Positions 57,498 through 64,000 of a stretch of DNA of 64,000 nt are shown here, one piece after another. A program made the translations under genes and the position numbers. The stretch covers positions 14,198,001 to 14,262,000 of the forward strand of contig OZ024743.1 of NCBI GenBank assembly GCA_964016885.1. The letters run 5' to 3'. The notes under the pieces were generated by a model. That model was not told the origin of the DNA. It was given only the letters and a program-made list of their open reading frames with translations, and ran no database searches. Numbering within the stretch: position 1 is the stretch's first letter; every line of letters begins with the position of its first letter. The DNA comes from Eledone cirrhosa. Its lineage: Eukaryota.

Positions 57498-59100
57498 GAT
57501 GTGGGTTTGTATGTTGTTATGTTTGGGCTGAGATTTGGGTATGTTGATGTATTGTTGTGATGTGTTCTGACGTGTATGTGGTTGCGATGTTGTTATATGT
57601 ATGTGTTTGGTATTTTGTGTTATGGTGCTTGTTTGCAGGCTATTTCTATTAGAGATTATTTTATAGTAAATGTTATGTCTGTGTGACTTTCTTTTGCTTG
57701 CAGTAGAATAAAATAGTTTGATAGTATTTATATTAAATATGTTTTTCTATTTGTGAAGTTTAGGGAAGTTTTTGTCACCTACGTTAAAGAATACATAACA
57801 ATATAACAACATAGAAAACCACATCGTTGAACCGGCACATAGGAAGGCCCCAAAATATAACTGTCACTTACCGGGTTAGTGCCTAATACAAAATAGATGC
57901 CTTTAATCAAATATAGTGTACCTACGTACTATAATTTCAGGCACCTTAGTGTGGCACTACATAGGTTCTACGGCGGAGGAGTTAAAAAAAGATGGCACGT
58001 CCACAGACACTCTATAAAGAACCGCAAACTAATGAATGCAACAACGCTCGCCAATAAAATTTGGCAGCTTAAAGATACAAACCAAGAATACAGGATTAGC
58101 TGGTCTAAATAGCCAGGGGCAATGACCTACAAAATTGGTATGTTCCACTATAGACATTGCAATATGGAATTATTCCATAATTTAAAATATGACAAAACCT
58201 GCTTAACAGCAAAATTGAACGGTCAATTTTCTGTAGACATAAAGCAGCAAATAAATTTGATAATCTTAAACCAACTTGATTCGACCCAACAATTCCATAA
58301 TTCAAATTAAACCACCTGAGTCTATTATATTAACCCATTATCATCATTGTTATTATTATTGTTATTAACTGCCAACATCATAACCTATTATATTCTTTCT
58401 CTTTCATTTTCTATCTTTCAATTTCTTTCCCTAAATATATTTCATCTCTTACATTATAACCTACCGTATTATCTTAACTTCTAATATAACTTAACATTTA
58501 TTAATTTATTAATTTAACTAATACATATATGAATATATTTAATATTTTCATGTTTATACCATTATATCTTTATATTTGAACCGCCAACACCACAACTATT
58601 TTCAATAGTCATATTATGTTCATTTTCTTCGCACACACATTAGTATAGTTTTTCTTTTCATCATCTTCGCTATAACCTATTTATTATTATTCATTTATTA
58701 TCATTACTTTTATTTGTTCTATCTATTTTTTATTTTTCTTTCTGTATTACTGATGTTGTAATTTGAATTTGTAAACGCTATGAATAATTTTATTCAGTTT
58801 TTCTGATGACATCGTATATAAAATTGAGTGACACAACTTCAAGTGGTTAACAATTTTAAGACAACTTAATCAACGAAACAATTGTTAATGCTGTAAATAA
58901 TACCTTTCTTGTACTGTTGACTATGTTATTATTCCCTCTTTCACTATTATTACTCCAAAATTAGATTACATAGGAATTCCCGAGAACTCATAAACTCGCT
59001 ACCCAAGGAAAGCTCTTGTTGAGTCAAACAACACCGTACGGTAAAACTATCCACAATATGCAGTATTCACAACCTCTAACTGGATTACCTATATCGATAA
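57496..59100 (+). mobile_element. Degenerate truncated PLE with an inverted 5' segment
   Basis: Minus strand of ~57690-57780 gives [24 protein letters not shown]; plus strand gives YIGST..KKRWHVH..ATTLANKIWQLK. Confidence 0.75.
58790..58900 (+). ncRNA. Probable degenerate hammerhead
   Basis: CTGATGA (58803)...GAA-ACAATTGT-T with palindromic stem III; stems I and II imperfect. Confidence 0.5.
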
Positions 59101-61828
59101 CATACGATATTAACAAATGGAAACTATATTTATAAAACCATATTTATTTTATTATACATATTTCAAGTATACCATGTTAAATTATGGTATGCCTTCATCA
59201 GACAAAATACAATATATACCAGTTTTATAAATAAACATTGACGTACCCTTTCAAAATGCAACCGTTAGTTTTGGAAGACATAAGGATAGTGGATTTGTTT
59301 ATTTTAGTAAGTCGTTGTGTTAAGGATAAGGAAAAAGACGGAGAGAGAGAAAAACCGAGAGAGAGAAAAGTACTATAGTGAACTATGTACAAGAACAAAT
59401 TTCAAGAATTTCATCTAATAAGAATATATTTGATGAAAAAGCCCATTATTACAACGAAGCATTAGGTAGAGCTGGGTATAGAAATAAAATTAAATACATC
59501 GATAATAATAATAATATAAAAACTAACCAAAATAATAACAATTTTAACTATGGTAACAATTTTAACAACTATAATAGAAAACATTACAATAATTCCGAAA
59601 GCCGAAAAAGAAATAGAACTAGGAAGACAATATGGGTCACTCCTCCTTTCTCACTAAATATTAAAACCCCTATTGCTAAACTATTCTTTAAAGCTCTTGA
59701 CAAAGGCTTCCCTAGAACACAGAGATATTACTCAATTTTTAATAGACATACTATAAAATTAACTTACTCTTCCACCAAACATTTAGCGCAAAATATTAAT
59801 AGAATTAATAATAGAAATTTAAAACCTAACTAAAATACCAATAATAACCCAAGCAATATTCAATCGAATAATTGTAACTGTAGAAATAAACCCAACTGTC
59901 CGTTAAATAACAACTGCTTAGCTAAAAATGTAGCTTATAATTGTAATGTTAAAACTAATTTAAATTCATTTAATTATGTCGGTTCTACCTCCTCAGAGTT
60001 TAAATCCCGCTTCAATAATCATAAAAATTATTTTACAGATCCAAACAAAAAATCTTCAACTTCGCTATCTAGCCTATTATGGGACTTAAAACGAGATAAT
60101 GTTGAATATTCGCTGATTTGGAATATTATTTCAAAAGCGACTCCTTTTAATTCCTCTTCAGAAAATTGCGATCTTTGTATCGAGGAAATATTCTTTTATA
60201 TTAAAGACCAAAAATTCCCTTAAGTTAAGGAACAATTTATTCAGTTGCTGCAGACATAGATTGAACTCAACGTTTAAATATAAATATGAATTTAAAATGT
60301 AGTATAATTGATTAAGTAATTTGGTTAATATATGAAACCTGTCGATAAATCATTTGATTCCTTCACCTTCTTCATTTTCTTTGGTTAAGTACTCAAGTAT
60401 GAATAAATTTTCTTCCTAAATATAAATATAAATATAATAAACTATTCTAGAAAAGTTAATCCTTTCAATATCTTGAGTAAAATATACGTAAGATAAATTT
60501 ATATACTAAATATATTAAACATATTATTTTAACTTAAAATATTCTATAATATTTTAAAATATTTTAATGTTTTGATATTTGTAGAATTCTTTTGTTTTTA
60601 AGTTATATTGATATAATTATATTTCTAAAATATAATCCTTTTGTATTTTATGTACTCAATTGTACTATGTAATATATTGATGTATACTTATCTCTATATG
60701 TATGTGTGTGTATAAACATACATATACATGTGTTATATGCATTTTTATGAATATATGTCTGTCTGTATATATGCATGAGTGACGCGTGTCTACCAATTGG
60801 GTGAAGATGCACACACATGTTTATATATGTATATGTAAGAATTGTGTGTGTACATGTGCATGTGTACCCATGCAATTTGATTGCAGATATGCATAATTTA
60901 ACAGCCATAAATGCATGAAAGTTAATCCTATATATGTATATATATATACTAAAAATGTTTATTTAATAACACAAGGGATGTATGACATTAATAAAAAAAA
61001 TCATTTATGCTTTGTATGTATATATTATATGCGGGAGTAGATATAATATGTATTTTCTGAGTGTGTGTGTATATATAAATTTATGTATTTTTGCGTATAT
61101 GTACGTGCTACATGATAGGTAATTTCTCTAGCAATATATATATTTCGTAATGTTTAATTTCCAATTTTTAATATATTGATATCAATTTTTAAACTAAATA
61201 TCTAATCATAGTTAAACAATGATTAATTTCTCATATTATATATGTATATTCCATTCATGAATATTAATATTTCTAATTTTATTTATTCATTTCATCTCAA
61301 TTGTTAACTAACTTAATATGACATAACTTAAGGTTCTCGTTCTCTCCCCCTCTCTCTATCTCTATATTTCTCTCTCTTGATTTTTTCTCTCTGTCTGGTG
61401 GTTTGATATCTCTGTTGTTTTTCTCTGTTTTCCTTTTTTCTTTTTCCTTTCTTCTTTTTCTTTATTTATCTCTCCCTTCTTTCTCCACTTTTATCTCTCT
61501 CCGTCTTTTTCCTTATCCTTAACACAACGACTTACTAAAATAAACAAATCCATTATCCTGATGTCTTCCAAAAGTAATGGTTGCATTTTGAAAGGGTACG
61601 TCAATGTTTATTTATAAAACTGGTATATATTGTATTTTGTCTGATGAAGGCATACCATAATTTAACATGGTATTCTTGAAATATGTATAATAAAATAAAT
61701 ATGGTTTTATAAATATAGTTTCCATTTGTTAATATCGTATATTTACTCCAAATACTTGTCGAGTGCTTTATATCAGTTATAAAAATATTTGGTTGTTGTA
61801 TCCCAACAATGTAAATAGAACTTTTGCA
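59101..61828 (+). mobile_element. 5'-truncated PLE with an inverted 3'-end copy
   Basis: ORF remnant 59390-60295 (CNCRNKPNCPLNNNC, YVGST..FKSRFNNH, CDLC; interrupted at ~59831); IR ~59103-59347 and ~61497-61740. Confidence 0.9.
61633..61697 (+). ncRNA. Type I hammerhead ribozyme (inverted copy 59145-59209)
   Basis: TATTTTGT-CTGATGA-AGGCATACCAT..ATGGTATTCTT-GAA-ATATGTAT-A-ATAAAATA. Confidence 0.75.
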
Positions 61829-61846
61829 TATATGTATATATATATA

Positions 61847-61982
<136 letters not shown>

Positions 61983-62519
61983 CTACATGCACACGTACAT
62001 ATATTTATATACATATATATGCATACATTTACCTATGTATATAGCGTTTTTTGGTAAGGAGAAAATTTTGTCTCCAGATTTTATTATCTAGGGAGATTAA
62101 ATACAACAGCTCTGGCTGAAAGCTGACCAGGTTCTCAGTCTCATCAAACACCAACGCCGGCCTTTGTGTATATTTATGTGTATGTATGTATGTATGTGTG
62201 TATGTATGTATGTATGTATGTATGTATGCATGCGTGTGTATGATTGTATGTATGTATATGTATACACCCACACCTTTCATCACCATTGCTTCTTTTTCTT
62301 ATCGTTTCTGTTGTTCTTGTAACTGTTGTAAGAGTTGAAGTTGTCCTTATTTTCATTTTTTTTATTACTTTGGTGTTTCTTTTATCTCCCTAGGGAATTC
62401 GTTGACTAATTGATTTAATTTATTTTCTTCGTTTTCTTCATTAAAATGCATTCACACTGGCTGTCTATGAGACGTACAAATATCGCTTATAAAACTTACC
62501 TAAGTAAATACCCTTCCAG

Positions 62520-62618
62520 TGCCCCCCTAGCGCCCCTCAAAGTTTCAAACGCCCCTTGCTCCAAAATCTCCACCACCCTGGAGATCCGAAACGCCCCCCG
62601 CTGAGAACCTTTGCTCTA
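62520..62618 (-). mobile_element. Possible hAT-type MITE terminus
   Basis: Reverse complement tagagcaaaggttctcagcgggggg resembles CAGTGGTTCTCAA ends. Confidence 0.4.
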
Positions 62619-62666
62619 AAGGTATGTGTGGGTGTGTGTGTGTGTGTGTGTATGTGTGTGTGTGTG

Positions 62667-62735
<69 letters not shown>

Positions 62736-63337
62736 TTGTGTTGAGAATGTTGAGAAATGACATATGACTTGATATATATTAGGAAAATGAGAAAACAGTA
62801 GATAATGCTAATGGGATTTTCTCCTAGAATAACATCAAAACATTTATTTATAATAAAAGGCCAATTAATCGAACGGGTTTCAGCCAAAAGTTGTTTAGGC
62901 GTCTTCAGGCTATAGGAAATGTGAGTAAAAATTGTATAATAAAATTAAGGTGTATATTCATAAGAAAAGATAGCTTAAATACATTTAAAAGAGCCTCACA
63001 TTTTCGTTTATCTCTTTCCCTCTCCTCCTTGTTTTGTTACTTATTATTCTCTGACTATTTGTTTACTACAATTACAGTGGTAGTTAACAGCCAATCAGGC
63101 AGTAACAAGGAAGAAACCAAGAAGGTCACACAGAGAGAAAAAGAAAAACGAAAATGTGAACTGTTTTAAATGTATGTAAATTATGTTTTCTTATTAATAT
63201 GCACCTTAATGTTATTATACAATTTTTACTCATATATCCTGTAGCATGACGAAGCCTAAACAACCTTAGGCTTATGAGAATATCCCATTAGCATTTTCAA
63301 CTGTTTTGTTTTATTTTCCTAATATATATATATATAT

Positions 63338-63513
63338 ATTAGAAAGTGAAGTTCTTTTACAAAATGTTTTTTCTCAGATGTGAGAAAAACCACAGACCCT
63401 CCATCGCAACTCTACTTTTGAAGAGCATAACTGCGAAACCGATAAAGGAACGAAATAAATATATATATTTAAAAAGAAAAGACTCCAGTTGCATTTTCGA
63501 TTTCATATTTTTT

Positions 63514-63520
<7 letters not shown>
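63338..63520. mobile_element. Older family A 3'-end insertion
   Basis: Inverted terminal stub plus a diverged copy with a decayed HHR (63415-63448). Confidence 0.75.
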
Positions 63521-63549
<29 letters not shown>

Positions 63550-63959
63550 TCAGACGTATAATATATATATATATATTATAAGTGTGAGTTTTATGCTTAT
63601 ATAATCTGTAAAATAAGCCTCTAGCAAATAGCACCCCGTTTGAAATATTTAACATAATTCTCCAAGTGTTCAGTGCATACGAGTTTGCAAACATTAAAAG
63701 GTCTGCTTAACACATATTCCATTTGTAATATATAAATAATGGATTCTGCTATTTAATTCTTTTGAAAATATCGCAAAAATATATAATGTTTACCGTATTC
63801 CGCTAGAGGGATTCGAATAAAAAGAAAGGTAAATAATGGAAGACTGAATGTAGATTGGGGTTGTGGTGGACTGGGACTAACGTAAACAAATTGAATAAGG
63901 ATAAACAGAAGAGCTTTTAATATTTGAATATATAGCACATGTGTATATAACGATGCCAC

Positions 63960-64000
<41 letters not shown>

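Noticed and set aside
63245-63280. atgacga-agcctaa..ttaggct hairpin as a hammerhead
   Set aside because: No GAAA or stem III

Overview
AT-rich, repeat-dense animal (invertebrate) genomic DNA. The SINE motifs and the (TA)n/(CA)n load resemble octopus/cephalopod DNA (inference). No host protein-coding exon could be supported; most ORF-track entries are microsatellite artefacts. The window is dominated by Penelope-like retroelements (PLEs) inserted into (TA)n: one near-intact ~8.3 kb copy (RT + C-terminal GIY-YIG, 682-bp direct terminal repeats), several truncated copies, and about a dozen fold-back (inverted-duplicated) 3'-end insertions. It also holds fragments of RTE, Tx1/L1-like, RNase H-bearing and CRE-like LINEs, plus tRNA-derived SINEs. 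Reading the non-coding ends by eye shows about 20 type I hammerhead ribozyme (HHR) motifs from roughly ten sequence families; three families carry a compensatory U3-A8 core instead of C3-G8. Highlights: a non-coding 317-nt HHR unit integrated as a 1.5-mer (retrozyme/circular-RNA signature); a tRNA-headed SINE integrated with PLE-type geometry; and a recurrent 'one long arm, one short arm' rule in the fold-backs. All structures were assigned by eye; ribozyme activity is untested.
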